Shown here: positions 26,591 to 34,740 of the stretch, one piece after another
Layout of the letters: every line of letters begins with the position of its first letter
How positions within the stretch are numbered: the first letter of the stretch is position 1
NCBI GenBank assembly: GCA_964348465.1
Contig: CAYGCW010000001.1
Span: 14,336-49,075 of the forward strand
DNA length: 34,740 nucleotides
Direction: 5' to 3'
Source of the DNA: an uncultured Acidimicrobiia bacterium
Lineage (GTDB): Bacteria > Actinomycetota > Acidimicrobiia > Spongiisociales > JAOTWH01
Made by a program: the position numbers and the translations under genes
The notes under the pieces: model-generated
Told to the model about the DNA's origin: nothing
Seen by the model: only the letters and a program-made list of their open reading frames with translations
The model's database searches: none

Positions 26591-27475
26591 TCAAGCCGCC
26601 GCGGCGGCGAACAGAATGTCGGCGACTTCCGCCGGGAACGATTCGCCGACGCCGATGAACACTGCGTAGACGGTGCAGTCGTCGATCAGCGTGGCGGCGA
26701 TGTCGATCAGGATCGAGAAGTCCGCCAGCGCCAACGTGAACCGAACGGCGACTTCGGCCCCGGCGATGTCGATCACCTCGACTGCGAACGTCACCCCGTC
26801 GGTGCCTTCGTTCTCGATCGCCTCGGACACCGTGGCGGCCAGGCAATCTCGGCCTTCGGGAGTGCCGAGCACCTTCTGCAACACCGCAAAGGCGTCGCCG
26901 GCGATCTCCCGGCTCTGGAACACGCGAGCCTCGATCGTGGCGTTGGCGGGCCCGAGCACCCCGCTCCCCGGAGGTCCTTCCACGTCGACCTCGGAGGTGG
27001 CCAAGCTGAACGCGTCGAGATTGTCGAGATCGAAGTCGTCCTCGTCGAGACAGGGCGAGAAGACGATGGCGTCGCCCGTGCCGGTGTCCGCGACCAGCGT
27101 CCCTTTCCAACCCTCCGGTACGGCGGCCAGCAGGGCTTCCGCCTTGGCCTCGGCCACCCCCGCGGCACCGGGCTCCCCGCCGGAGGTGGTCGTGGTCGTC
27201 GGCGGCTGGGTGGTGGTAGAAGAAGTGGTCGGCGGCGTTGTGGTGGTGGTCGGCGGCTGCGTGGTGGTGGTCGGCGGGTGGGTGGTGGTCGGGGCCGCCA
27301 CGGTGGTGGCCGGACTCGTATCCGGCGGCGGCACGATCGACGTGCCATCCCGGGGCGCGGTGGTCGTGGTCGCCTCCCCGGAGTCGCCGCAGGCGGTGCT
27401 CAGCAAGCAGAGCGCCAGCAGTGCGGCGGCGACGCGGGCCGGGGGTGGGATAGGCATGGGGACGACTCTACGCAT
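26591..27475 (-). CDS. Hypothetical lipoprotein with long Thr/Pro linker
   Basis: 294 aa with lipobox CLLSTAC. About 60 aa of (P)PTTTT repeats precede a ~190-aa acidic domain with no homology I recognise. An alternative start is ATG 27457 (MPIPPP..). Confidence 0.7.
   Translation of the reverse strand: MRRVVPMPIPPPARVAAALLALCLLSTACGDSGEATTTTAPRDGTSIVPPPDTSPATTVAAPTTTHPPTTTTQPPTTTTTPPTTSSTTTQPPTTTTTSGGEPGAAGVAEAKAEALLAAVPEGWKGTLVADTGTGDAIVFSPCLDEDDFDLDNLDAFSLATSEVDVEGPPGSGVLGPANATIEARVFQSREIAGDAFAVLQKVLGTPEGRDCLAATVSEAIENEGTDGVTFAVEVIDIAGAEVAVRFTLALADFSILIDIAATLIDDCTVYAVFIGVGESFPAEVADILFAAAAA
27182..27373 (-). repeat. Coding low-complexity Thr/Pro repeat (GGTGGTGGTCGGCGG-type units on the + strand)
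   Basis: Imperfect ~15-nt units encode PPTTTT(T/Q) inside the lipoprotein linker. Confidence 0.8.
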
Positions 27476-28268
27476 CGCGCCCGGCGGCTCGGGGATTGCG
27501 CTGCCGGACGGCTTCGAACAACAGGAGAGCGGCAGCCACCGACGCGTTGAGACTGGCCACCGGCCCTGGGGTGGGGATCACGACGGTCCGCTCCGGATCG
27601 GCGAGCCAACCTGGCGACAACCCGGACTGCTCACTGCCGACGACGACCGCCGCGGCCGCGGTCAGGTCGGCGTCCCAGTACGGCCGGCGCCCGTGAACGG
27701 ACGCGGCGTGCCACCCGACGCCGGCCTCGTCGAGGAAGGACCTCACGGAAGTGGGCGCGGCGACGGCGACGGGCAGCAGGAACAGCGCCCCGAGCGACGC
27801 GCGCACCACGTTCGGGTTGAACACGTCGGCGACCGGGTTCGCCACGACCACTCCGCCGGCGCCGGCGGCGGCCGCGGTGCGCAGCATCGCGCCCAAGTTG
27901 CCGGGTTTCTCGACGGCCTCCGCCACGAGCAGCAGCGGTGCTCCGGCGAGCGCGATCCGGTCGAGGCCGAGCGGGAACTGGCGCGCCACCGCCAGCACCC
28001 CCGTCGCGGCATCCCGGTACGACGCTTTCGCGAAGGCAGCCTCGCTCATCTCGAAGCCGGCGGTCTCCGTCTCGGCGGCCGCGGCGGCGCCGGCCGTTCC
28101 CGAGTAGTAGACCTCCGCGATCTCGATCCCGCCGGCGACCGCCCGCGCCAGCTCCCGCTCGCCTTCGATGACGAATGAGCCGGTGTCGTCCCGCTCCCGG
28201 CGGCTGGTGCGCAGCCGTACCAAAGCCTTGACACGCGGATTGGCCGGCGACGAGATCGGAGCGCTCAC
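27468..28268 (-). CDS. SpoU/TrmH-family RNA methyltransferase (second copy in the window)
   Basis: 266 aa from GTG 28268, with GTGA overlap to the TPM gene stop. N-terminal NPRVKALVRLR....R...G.FVIEGERE is present. SPOUT motifs are AVEKPGNLGAMLRTAAAAG, VVVGSEQSGLS and VVIPTPGPVASLNASVAAALLLFE. Confidence 0.85.
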   Translation of the reverse strand: MSAPISSPANPRVKALVRLRTSRRERDDTGSFVIEGERELARAVAGGIEIAEVYYSGTAGAAAAAETETAGFEMSEAAFAKASYRDAATGVLAVARQFPLGLDRIALAGAPLLLVAEAVEKPGNLGAMLRTAAAAGAGGVVVANPVADVFNPNVVRASLGALFLLPVAVAAPTSVRSFLDEAGVGWHAASVHGRRPYWDADLTAAAAVVVGSEQSGLSPGWLADPERTVVIPTPGPVASLNASVAAALLLFEAVRQRNPRAAGRDA

Positions 28269-30622
28269 CAGCCGGAGCCGCCGCCGCCACCGCCGAAGCC
28301 GCCGCCGCCCCCGAAGCCCCCGAAGCTGCCGCCGCCGAAGCCTCCGCCCCACGACGATCCGCCCCCGCCGCCGCCGAAGCCGCCCCCGCCCCCGAAGCCG
28401 CCGAACCCCCGCGAGCCTCCCCACCACGAGTCCCGGTCGTTGGACCAGGAATGGTCCCGGTAGATGGGCTCCCAGCCGTAGCTGCCGCCGTGTCCCCTGG
28501 TGATGACCCAGTGGTAGAAGAGCAAGGTGAACGGGTCGAACGAGCGCAGCGCGGTCGGGAGGCGCTGGCCCGTCCAGGTGTCGGTCTGGCGCCGGGTGCC
28601 TTCATGGGCCAGCTCGGGAGCGAAGCGGTCGGCGTCGTCGATGGCCGACTCGGCGAGCGCCTCCCGGGTGGCGGCGTAAGACAGCGCGAAGCGACGCGGC
28701 CCGCGCGGATCGCTGGCGCCGAAGGCCGCGGCGACGTCGGCATACGCCCCTTCGAGCCCGAGCTCGGCGAGCGCCGCCCTGGCTTCTTGCCATCGCCGCA
28801 CGGCCTGGGCTGGTTCCAGGGAGATGGCGAGCAGCGCTGCGATGGTCTTGCGAGACTCGGCGCCGGGCACCGTCGCCGCCAGCTCCCTCTGGAGCGCCTC
28901 GTAGACTTCGGGGCCGTCGTCACGCCGGCGCAGCAGCGCCGCGGTGATCGACACCGGCAGCCCGAGCCGTCGGGCCTCCCGGCGCACCACCTCCACCTCG
29001 CCGCGGTCTCGCAGACCGGCGAGAGCGAACTCCACGGCCTCGTCCGGAGCGAAGTTGCGGGCGCGGTTGGCTCGGTAGGCGTCGAGGAACTCGCCGATCT
29101 CGCCCTCGTCGCGGTTCATCAGCAACAGCGCCGCGATGGCGGGGATCGACAGGCCGTCGCTCTCCAGCACCGATCCCTCCTGCTCCAGTGTGCGCCGCAC
29201 CGCCTCGTACCGGTCGGCAGCCGAGTCGGGGTCGTCTTCGACGTCGGCCAGGGCGGCGGCGACCGCGGGCCGGGCGGTGGTCGACGGCAACTGCTTGTAG
29301 AGCCGGTCGAGCACGTCGGTCTTGGCGCGGGCAGTCAGGTACGCCGCATCCAGCTCCGCGACCGACTCCGAAAGAGGTTGCTCGGCGTCGAGGGCGGGGC
29401 CGGCCCGCAGCATCCGCTGTCCGCGGTCGGTGATCGCCGCAGGCCCGATCGGTGTCTCGACGAGGGACGCCGCCAAGGCCACCCCGGCCCGGCGGCGGGC
29501 GGCGGCCACCCGGTGCGGGCGCAGCGCCGCGACCACCGTGCCCAGCTCGCCGAGCTTCACCTCGAACGTCTCGAAGCCGGTCACCGGCGCGGCGAGGCAT
29601 TCGCGCGCCGTGGCCTGAACGGACTCCTCGAGGATCGCCCGCTCGTCGGCGACCCGCAGCTCGAGGGGCACCGCCGTGGCCGCCTCGAGGCGGTCCCGGT
29701 CGATCACCAGGATGGCGCCGGCGCCCCACAGCGCCGCGGCGGCGTCGGCCGCGGGCGGCGATCCGTCCGCAACGGCCCGCAGCGCAGCGAGCGCGGCCGC
29801 CGTCGGGACGTCCGGCCCCGGGGGACGCTCGGCGGCGAAGTCCTCGAGTCGGGGCAGCTCGTGGCCGGCGACGTCGAGCCGGCCGAGGACGTCGTCGACG
29901 AGCCGTTCCCGGCGGCTCGCCTTGCGTTCGCGGCGCTTGCGCTCGGCGGCCACCCCGCCGATGACGGCGCCCACGACGCCGGCGCCGAGGAGAACGACGA
30001 GCGCGCCGCCTCCCGGCGCCGCGTCGGGTTCCCGCGCCGTCGGCTGCGTCACGGCGGGGGCGACCGGGCCGGAGGTGGCCGGCGGCGCGTCCGTGGTGGA
30101 CGGGCCGCCGTCGGGGAGACTTCCGAGCCAGGCGTCGAGGCTGCCGAGGATGGCGGTCAGGCCGGCGTCGTAATCGCCCCTTCCGAAGAACGAGTTCCCA
30201 GCGGCGGCGACTTCGTCGAGCCCGGCGTCGGGGAGACCGGGGCCTACCCTGATCTCGGTGCGCCGCTCCGCGAGCGCCACGAGCACCACGATGCCGTCCT
30301 GGCGTTCGGCATCGCCCACCCCCCAGGTGTTGCCGAGATCGTCGGCATACTCCACGGGCTCGCGGCCCCCGGTGGTCGGGATGACGACGACGGCGATCTG
30401 GGTCCCGTGGCGAGCCACGACGGTGCCGGCGGTCTCCTCGACGGCGGCTGCGTCGGCAAGCACGCCGGCCACGTCGGTCACCCAGCCCGCGCAGGTGTAC
30501 CCGTCGAACTCGGGACAGAGCGCCAGCTCCTCCGGCGCCTCCTCCTGGGCGAACGCCGGCGGCGCCGCCAGCAGCAGCAGCAGCAGCAACGCGCCGGTCA
30601 GGAGCGAGATCAGGGCCCTCAT
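28265..30622 (-). CDS. Large TPM-domain membrane protein with ~500-aa helical cytoplasmic region and Gly-rich C-terminal tail
   Basis: 785 aa. It has a signal peptide (LLLLLLLAAPPAFA) and a TPM/TLP18.3-like block (VTDVAGVL....E......H..QIAVV.I....G......A..L...WGVG....DGIV.LVA...R...I.VG.G). One TM follows (ALVVLLGAGVVGAVIGGVAA), then a long Ala/Arg/Glu-rich region. The tail reads GGFGGGGGFGGGGGGSSWGGGFGGG...GGGSGW, typical of TPM/YgcG-type proteins. Confidence 0.75.
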   Translation of the reverse strand: MRALISLLTGALLLLLLLAAPPAFAQEEAPEELALCPEFDGYTCAGWVTDVAGVLADAAAVEETAGTVVARHGTQIAVVVIPTTGGREPVEYADDLGNTWGVGDAERQDGIVVLVALAERRTEIRVGPGLPDAGLDEVAAAGNSFFGRGDYDAGLTAILGSLDAWLGSLPDGGPSTTDAPPATSGPVAPAVTQPTAREPDAAPGGGALVVLLGAGVVGAVIGGVAAERKRRERKASRRERLVDDVLGRLDVAGHELPRLEDFAAERPPGPDVPTAAALAALRAVADGSPPAADAAAALWGAGAILVIDRDRLEAATAVPLELRVADERAILEESVQATARECLAAPVTGFETFEVKLGELGTVVAALRPHRVAAARRRAGVALAASLVETPIGPAAITDRGQRMLRAGPALDAEQPLSESVAELDAAYLTARAKTDVLDRLYKQLPSTTARPAVAAALADVEDDPDSAADRYEAVRRTLEQEGSVLESDGLSIPAIAALLLMNRDEGEIGEFLDAYRANRARNFAPDEAVEFALAGLRDRGEVEVVRREARRLGLPVSITAALLRRRDDGPEVYEALQRELAATVPGAESRKTIAALLAISLEPAQAVRRWQEARAALAELGLEGAYADVAAAFGASDPRGPRRFALSYAATREALAESAIDDADRFAPELAHEGTRRQTDTWTGQRLPTALRSFDPFTLLFYHWVITRGHGGSYGWEPIYRDHSWSNDRDSWWGGSRGFGGFGGGGGFGGGGGGSSWGGGFGGGSFGGFGGGGGFGGGGGGSGW
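28268..28429 (-). repeat. Coding GCC/GCCGCC-rich low complexity (Gly/Phe/Ser/Trp tail)
   Basis: The last 54 codons of the TPM protein are almost all GGN plus Phe, Ser and Trp. Confidence 0.8.
30569..30586 (-). repeat. (CAG)6 / (CTG)6 perfect trinucleotide run encoding the poly-Leu core of the TPM protein signal peptide
   Basis: The six perfect cag units at 30569..30586 can be read directly from the sequence. Confidence 0.9.
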
Positions 30623-30770
30623 CGCCCGTCACGCTAGTGAGCTGCGGCCCGGTCGCCGGGCGCTCTGGGGCGGTGGCCACGGGGCGCAGCAACCGGGCAG
30701 GCGATGCGTGCGGTGTCGCCGAGCACGGCCGGCGCCGTCGGAGCGTTCCCCGCGCCCTAACCTCAGCCCC

Positions 30771-31076
30771 ATGATCGGCTTCGTTCCCTGGATGATCATC
30801 AGCATCGCCGTGATCCTCGTGGTGGCCGCCTGGGGCTACACCCGCGGCACGCTCGGCAGGGTGGTGCCGCCGGACCTCGAGCGCCTGCCGGAGGCGGAGC
30901 GGGCCTTCGCCGAGTGCATGGAGGAGCGCGGGGTCCGGCCGCCGCGGCTGGCGATCTACCGCGACCCGGACGGCGACGGCCTCGTGATCGTCGGCCCCGA
31001 CGAGCTGGACGACCGCACCCGGGCCGTGCTCGGCGACTGCGACGGGCTGCTCGCGCCGCGCTTCGCCAGGGACTGA
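30771..31076 (+). CDS. Small hypothetical membrane-anchored protein
   Basis: 101 aa from ATG 30771 within track ORF 30258..31076 (MIGFVPWMIISIAVILVVAAWGY.. then an acidic soluble part). I recognise no homology. Confidence 0.45.
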   Translation: MIGFVPWMIISIAVILVVAAWGYTRGTLGRVVPPDLERLPEAERAFAECMEERGVRPPRLAIYRDPDGDGLVIVGPDELDDRTRAVLGDCDGLLAPRFARD

Positions 31077-31086
31077 GGGGCCGGCG

Positions 31087-31539
31087 CTACCCGTAGGGAT
31101 TGCCGTAGACGAGCAGGGGCCTGACCAGCACGGCCAGGCGCCGTTGCTCGGCCATCACCCGGTCGTACTCCTCCCAGTCGTCGTGCCGACCACCGGCGGC
31201 CCAGTACACCTCCCTCAGCAGCTGGGGGAGGCCGGCGGGGTCGAAGCCGGGGAAAGGGTCGTCGGGCCCGATGAGGTCGGCCCGCCCCTCGACCGTCACC
31301 CACTCCCACCCGACCCGCACGGTCACGGTCACTTCGGGGTCCTTCCTGAGGTAGCCGCGCTTCTTGGACCCCCCGAAGATCACCGAGCCCACCACCTCCT
31401 CCGCGGTGACGGGGTGGTCGACGACGCCCACGTTGACGACGGTCGCCTGCACCGTGCGGTCCGGGCGCCGGACCGCCAGCGTGGCGAGGCCGTGGCCCGC
31501 ACCCACGAGGTGGCGAACGGGCGCGAGGCGAGACGTCAC
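31087..31539 (-). CDS. PPOX-class (pyridoxamine 5'-phosphate oxidase-like, probably F420/FMN-dependent) protein
   Basis: 150 aa from GTG 31539, with GTGA overlap to the HIT stop. Split-barrel pattern is LATLAV.RPD...QATVVN.G......K..YLRKDPEVTVTV..GWEWVTVEGRADL. Confidence 0.7.
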   Translation of the reverse strand: MTSRLAPVRHLVGAGHGLATLAVRRPDRTVQATVVNVGVVDHPVTAEEVVGSVIFGGSKKRGYLRKDPEVTVTVRVGWEWVTVEGRADLIGPDDPFPGFDPAGLPQLLREVYWAAGGRHDDWEEYDRVMAEQRRLAVLVRPLLVYGNPYG

Positions 31540-31976
31540 GAGGCTGACGGTCCCGAAGCCAGCGCATCCCGGAGCAGCGTGGCGTTGGCGTCCAATTCGC
31601 CTCGGTCCGGCGGTCGCGTCCATCCCTCGGCCGCGATGCGAAAACCGTCGCCGCGGTACCGGGGGAAGACGTGCAGGTGGTGGTGGAACACCTCTTGGAA
31701 CGCCGCCGCCCCGTCGGCGAGGAACATGTTCACGCCTTCGCACCGCAGGCCAGAGGACCGCAGCGCCGCCCCGATGCGGGCAGCCACGCTGTAGAGGTGG
31801 GCGGCTGTTGACCGCGGCACGTCGGACAGATAGGGGAGGTGCTCACGGGGCACGACCAGGGTGTGGCCGGGCGTGACGGGCCGGATGTCCATGAACGCCA
31901 CCGCCACGTCGTCCTCGTGGACGAAGCTGGCGGGCGCCTCGCCCGCCACGATCTCGCAGAAGACGCATGCCGCCAT
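31536..31976 (-). CDS. HIT-family nucleotide hydrolase/transferase
   Basis: 146 aa. CVFCEIV.GE.P..FV.ED....AFMDI.P...GHTLV.P is present, with histidine triad HHHLHVFP. Confidence 0.9.
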   Translation of the reverse strand: MAACVFCEIVAGEAPASFVHEDDVAVAFMDIRPVTPGHTLVVPREHLPYLSDVPRSTAAHLYSVAARIGAALRSSGLRCEGVNMFLADGAAAFQEVFHHHLHVFPRYRGDGFRIAAEGWTRPPDRGELDANATLLRDALASGPSAS

Positions 31977-32014
31977 CGGGTAGACGGTAGCCGCGGCCCC
32001 GGTAGCGTTGCCGG
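31977..32014. promoter_or_regulatory. 38-bp divergent intergenic region with TANNNT boxes placed for leaderless transcripts in both directions
   Basis: TAGCGT (32003..32008) ends 6 nt before the ATG at 32015. On the other strand, TACCGT (31989..31984) ends 7 nt before the ATG at 31976. There is no room for SD sequences. GGTAGC is directly repeated (31986..31991 and 32001..32006). Confidence 0.3.
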
Positions 32015-33052
32015 ATGGCCCGCCGTCCGTTCGAGACGCTCACCGAAGCCGGCCAGGTGCGTCGGTTGCGCCGGTCCGCCGAAAAGGCGGCGGACCGCTT
32101 CGGCCTCGACGGTGCCCGGCTGACCCCGGTGCAGCACGGCGAGAACACCATCTGGCGGGCCGATCTGCCCGGATCGGGCGCCGCCGATGGGCGCTTCGTG
32201 ACGGGCCGGTACGCGATTCGGGTCCACGGCATCGACTACCAGTCTCCGCCCGAGATCCGCTCCGAGCTGGCGTGGCTCACGGCCCTGGCGGCGGCCGGCC
32301 ACCCGGTCCCCGAGCCGGTGGTGGCCGGTGACGGCAACCCGATCGTGGAGGTGGCGGCCTCGGATGCGCTGGGCCCGCGGTCGGTGTCGGCGCTGAGGTG
32401 GATGCGGGGCCGCCTCATGCACGAGCTGCCCCCGCCGGCCCGCTACCGCAAGATCGGCGCCATGCTCGCCGGCCTCCACGAGCACGCCGCCTCGTGGCAG
32501 CCGCCGGCCTGGTTCACCGCCAAGACGTGGGACTGGGACGGGCTGCTGGGTGGGACGATCCGCTTCGCAGGAACCACCACCGCCGAGTCGTGGCCGCAGG
32601 TGCCGGTGGCGCGCCGCCGGCGGTGGGCAGCGGCTGCCGAGGAGTTCCGGGCGGCGCTCGCGCAGCTCGGCCGCGGGCCGGAGGTGTTCGGGCTCATCCA
32701 CGCCGACCCTCATCCCGGCAACCTGCTGTACGGGGACGGCGAGATCAGACCGCTCGATTTCGACGACAGTGGCCACGGCTGGTTCCTGTACGACTTCGCC
32801 GTAGCGCTGGGGGCGGGCCAGCGCCGCAGCGAGCGGTGGCCCGCCGTGCGGGACGCTTTCTTCGGAGGCTACGAGGGGCGGCGGCCGGTGGCCGCGGGCA
32901 GCCTGAACCACCTCGACGTCTTCTTCGCAGCCCGCGCGATCTCCATCGCCCTCTGGGTGCTGGGCATGGTCCGCATCAACCCGGCGTTCGCGGACTACCT
33001 GCCCGGGGTCTACGAGCGTGCCGACCATCTGTTCGACCTGATGGGGATGTAG
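32015..33052 (+). CDS. APH/ChoK-fold phosphotransferase (aminoglycoside phosphotransferase family)
   Basis: 345 aa. The catalytic loop is IHADPHPGNLL (HxDxxxxN) and the metal-binding motif is LDFDDSG. Confidence 0.8.
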   Translation: MARRPFETLTEAGQVRRLRRSAEKAADRFGLDGARLTPVQHGENTIWRADLPGSGAADGRFVTGRYAIRVHGIDYQSPPEIRSELAWLTALAAAGHPVPEPVVAGDGNPIVEVAASDALGPRSVSALRWMRGRLMHELPPPARYRKIGAMLAGLHEHAASWQPPAWFTAKTWDWDGLLGGTIRFAGTTTAESWPQVPVARRRRWAAAAEEFRAALAQLGRGPEVFGLIHADPHPGNLLYGDGEIRPLDFDDSGHGWFLYDFAVALGAGQRRSERWPAVRDAFFGGYEGRRPVAAGSLNHLDVFFAARAISIALWVLGMVRINPAFADYLPGVYERADHLFDLMGM

Positions 33053-33130
33053 CGCCGGCGGCGGCGTTCAGGGTCTTTGGTCCCTAGCGGCGACCTCGGT
33101 GGCGGCAGAACCTTCGTGGAGAGGACCAAC

Positions 33131-34348
33131 ATGGGCCGATACCTGGCAATCGCCGTCGTGCTGCTCATGGGAGCCTGCGGGGACGCGGGTAGTCCGGCGT
33201 CGCCGAACACGACCGCGGCCTCCTCCACCCTGCCGCCCGGCACGACCGTGGCGGCCGCGAGCACCACGACCGCCTCGGTTCCGGCGTCGACGACGACGAC
33301 GGTGGCACCCCAGCGGACCACGACCGGCGCGGCAGCAGCCGACTTCCCCGCCCTGCTGGTGGCCGGCCCCGGCGGTGTCGAGATCGTCGCCGCGGGAGGC
33401 CGGACGGTCCTGTGGGAGGGCGCGGCGCGGGCCGCCTACCCCGACGGATCGGGGGGCGCGCTCGTCGACCCCGACGACGGCGCCGGATTCTGGTGGGACG
33501 CCGATTTGGAACGATACGTGCTGCGGCCGGCAGATACGGCCGGGGTGATGCAGGTCGACGCCGCAGGGCGGGAAACGGTGTTCCTGGCGAACACGTCCGC
33601 AGGCGTGCATCGTCTCGTCGGCGTTGCGGATGTCGCCGGGCGGCCCACCGCCGTGCTCTGGCGGACCGTGGTGGGACCACCGTGCTGCGACGGCGACCCC
33701 GATGCGGCCCAGGTCGAATTCGCCAGCATCCGCACCCTGCTCGTGCTCGTCGACGTGGCGACGGGCGCCGAGACCACGTACGGCGTCGTTGCGGGCTACG
33801 AGACCGACCTCACGGTGGCGTCGTTCGGGGGCGACGTGGTCGCACTCGGCACCCACGAGTACGCAGGTGGGATGGGACCTCTGTGGTGGGGGCCGCTCCG
33901 CCTGTTCGCCGAGGTCGACACCGCCACCATCGCCTCCGGCAACATCCCGTGGATCGAGGCGTCCTGCCTGGATGGTGCCTGCGCCATCGCCGGACCGGTC
34001 GCCCCCTGCGAGGCAGAGGGAACCTGCTGGAACGTGATGCGCACGCCGAGCGTCGCCCGCGACGGATCGGCCGTGGCCTACGTCGAGGCGTTCGAGGGAA
34101 CCGGGCTCAGCGGGAATCCCGAGGTCGTGGCCGTGGACTTGCCCTCGGGGAGCGAGCGCTGGCGGGCGAGTCTCGACGTGGCGCGGCCCGGCAGCTACGT
34201 GTGGGCGGCGGCGGTCGACTTCGACGGCGAAACCGTGCTCGTCTCGCTGGACTCCCCGACCCAGATGGCGGTGCTGGTCGGCGCGGCCGGGGAGCTGGGA
34301 CGAAGGCCCGTCGACGGCGTCGCCGTTCGCTGGCGGGACGGCAACTGA
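33131..34348 (+). CDS. Hypothetical Cys-rich lipoprotein with Thr-rich linker (paralogue 1)
   Basis: 405 aa from ATG 33131, with GGAGAGG upstream, within track ORF 33077..34348. Lipobox is LLMGAC, with linker TTVAAASTTTASVPASTTTTVAP, then FPALLVAGPGGVEIVAAGG. Confidence 0.8.
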   Translation: MGRYLAIAVVLLMGACGDAGSPASPNTTAASSTLPPGTTVAAASTTTASVPASTTTTVAPQRTTTGAAAADFPALLVAGPGGVEIVAAGGRTVLWEGAARAAYPDGSGGALVDPDDGAGFWWDADLERYVLRPADTAGVMQVDAAGRETVFLANTSAGVHRLVGVADVAGRPTAVLWRTVVGPPCCDGDPDAAQVEFASIRTLLVLVDVATGAETTYGVVAGYETDLTVASFGGDVVALGTHEYAGGMGPLWWGPLRLFAEVDTATIASGNIPWIEASCLDGACAIAGPVAPCEAEGTCWNVMRTPSVARDGSAVAYVEAFEGTGLSGNPEVVAVDLPSGSERWRASLDVARPGSYVWAAAVDFDGETVLVSLDSPTQMAVLVGAAGELGRRPVDGVAVRWRDGN

Positions 34349-34424
34349 CGACGGGGCGGCCAACACGGGGCTTTCGCCCCTATCCGACCGCATCGTCCGG
34401 GAGGACGCTGGGCTCGAGGAAGCC

Positions 34425-34740
34425 ATGCGTCGGTGCGTGCTCGTGCTGGTGATGCTCCTACTGGGTGCATGCAGCGACCCGGGCCCCGCCGCGGAGCCGG
34501 ACGTCCCGGGCACGGGCGCTTCCGCCGGGATCCACGACTCATCCACCACGACGGCGGCGACGAGCCCGAGCGAGGAGCCGACGGTCGCTCCGACCGTCAC
34601 CTCCGCCGCCACCACGACGGCGCCGCTCACCAGCATCACGGCCGCCTCGACCACCACGACCTCCGAGGCAATGTTCGGATTCCCGCCGGTGCTGGTCGCC
34701 GGGCCCGGCGGCGTGGAGATCGTCGCCGGCGGCGGGTCCC
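34425..34740 (+). CDS. Hypothetical lipoprotein, paralogue 2 (5' part; runs off the window)
   Basis: Not in the ORF track because there is no stop in the window. My translation from ATG 34425 is MRRCVLVLVMLLLGACSDPGP...SSTTTAATSP...TSAATTTAPLTSITAASTTTTSEAMFGFPPVLVAGPGGVEIVAGGG. It has the same lipobox, linker and FP.(L/V)LVAGPGGVEIVA motif as the upstream gene. Confidence 0.7.
   Translation, partial: MRRCVLVLVMLLLGACSDPGPAAEPDVPGTGASAGIHDSSTTTAATSPSEEPTVAPTVTSAATTTAPLTSITAASTTTTSEAMFGFPPVLVAGPGGVEIVAGGGS

Noticed and set aside
27182-28429. Possible CRISPR or tandem-repeat arrays (GGTGGTGGTCGGCGG units; GCCGCC runs)
   Set aside because: Both lie inside ORFs and encode a Thr/Pro linker and a Gly-rich tail. 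There is no repeat-spacer periodicity and no cas genes.
28451-30692. 728-aa + ORF and 590-aa minus ORF overlapping the TPM gene
   Set aside because: These are off-frame shadows. The chosen frame has a signal peptide, a TPM block, a TM segment and the characteristic Gly-rich tail.
31730-34657. Long minus-strand ORFs 31730..33028 and 33068..34657
   Set aside because: They are antisense to the APH-like kinase and the lipoprotein genes, with low-complexity Arg/Gly/Pro composition.

Overview
This is a very GC-rich chromosomal segment (GC judged by eye, not computed). Gene content and style look like Actinomycetota: many GTG/TTG starts, many 1-4 nt stop/start overlaps, and Thr/Pro-linker lipoproteins. 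The taxon is an inference. I support about 33 protein genes. I found no rRNA, tRNA, CRISPR array, transposase or integrase.

Layout, left to right:
- A TlpA-like thioredoxin lipoprotein coupled to a degenerate Lgt-like membrane protein (1-1209, minus strand).
- A 1289-aa polytopic membrane protein ending in a patatin-like phospholipase domain (1277-5146).
- A compact histidine operon, yerC-like regulator-hisG-D-C-B-H-F-IE (5133-11248, minus strand), with hisA split off and divergently transcribed across an AT-rich palindrome-bearing control region.
- An MMPL/RND transporter, a small 2-TM protein and a nitroreductase.
- A four-gene minus-strand operon at the centre of the window (15433-19159). 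It encodes a Cdc48-like N-D1-D2 AAA+ ATPase, a SpoU/TrmH methyltransferase, a T4 gp19/Afp1-type tail-tube protein and a DUF4255 (Afp16/Pvc16-type tube terminator).
- An M28/PA aminopeptidase, a DEDD exonuclease-GIY-YIG fusion and a small zinc-ribbon protein.
- A CapA-like lipoprotein, a DUF3160 lipoprotein and a Thr/Pro-rich lipoprotein.
- A second SpoU methyltransferase coupled to a 785-aa TPM-domain protein with a Gly-rich tail.
- PPOX, HIT and APH-like kinase genes, then two tandem paralogous lipoproteins.

The most unusual item is the central operon. It has contractile-injection-system ATPase, tube and terminator genes, but no sheath, spike, baseplate or tape-measure gene is recognisable within about 15 kb on either side. 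An RNA methyltransferase sits inside it. All family assignments come from reading motifs by eye and need profile searches to confirm.
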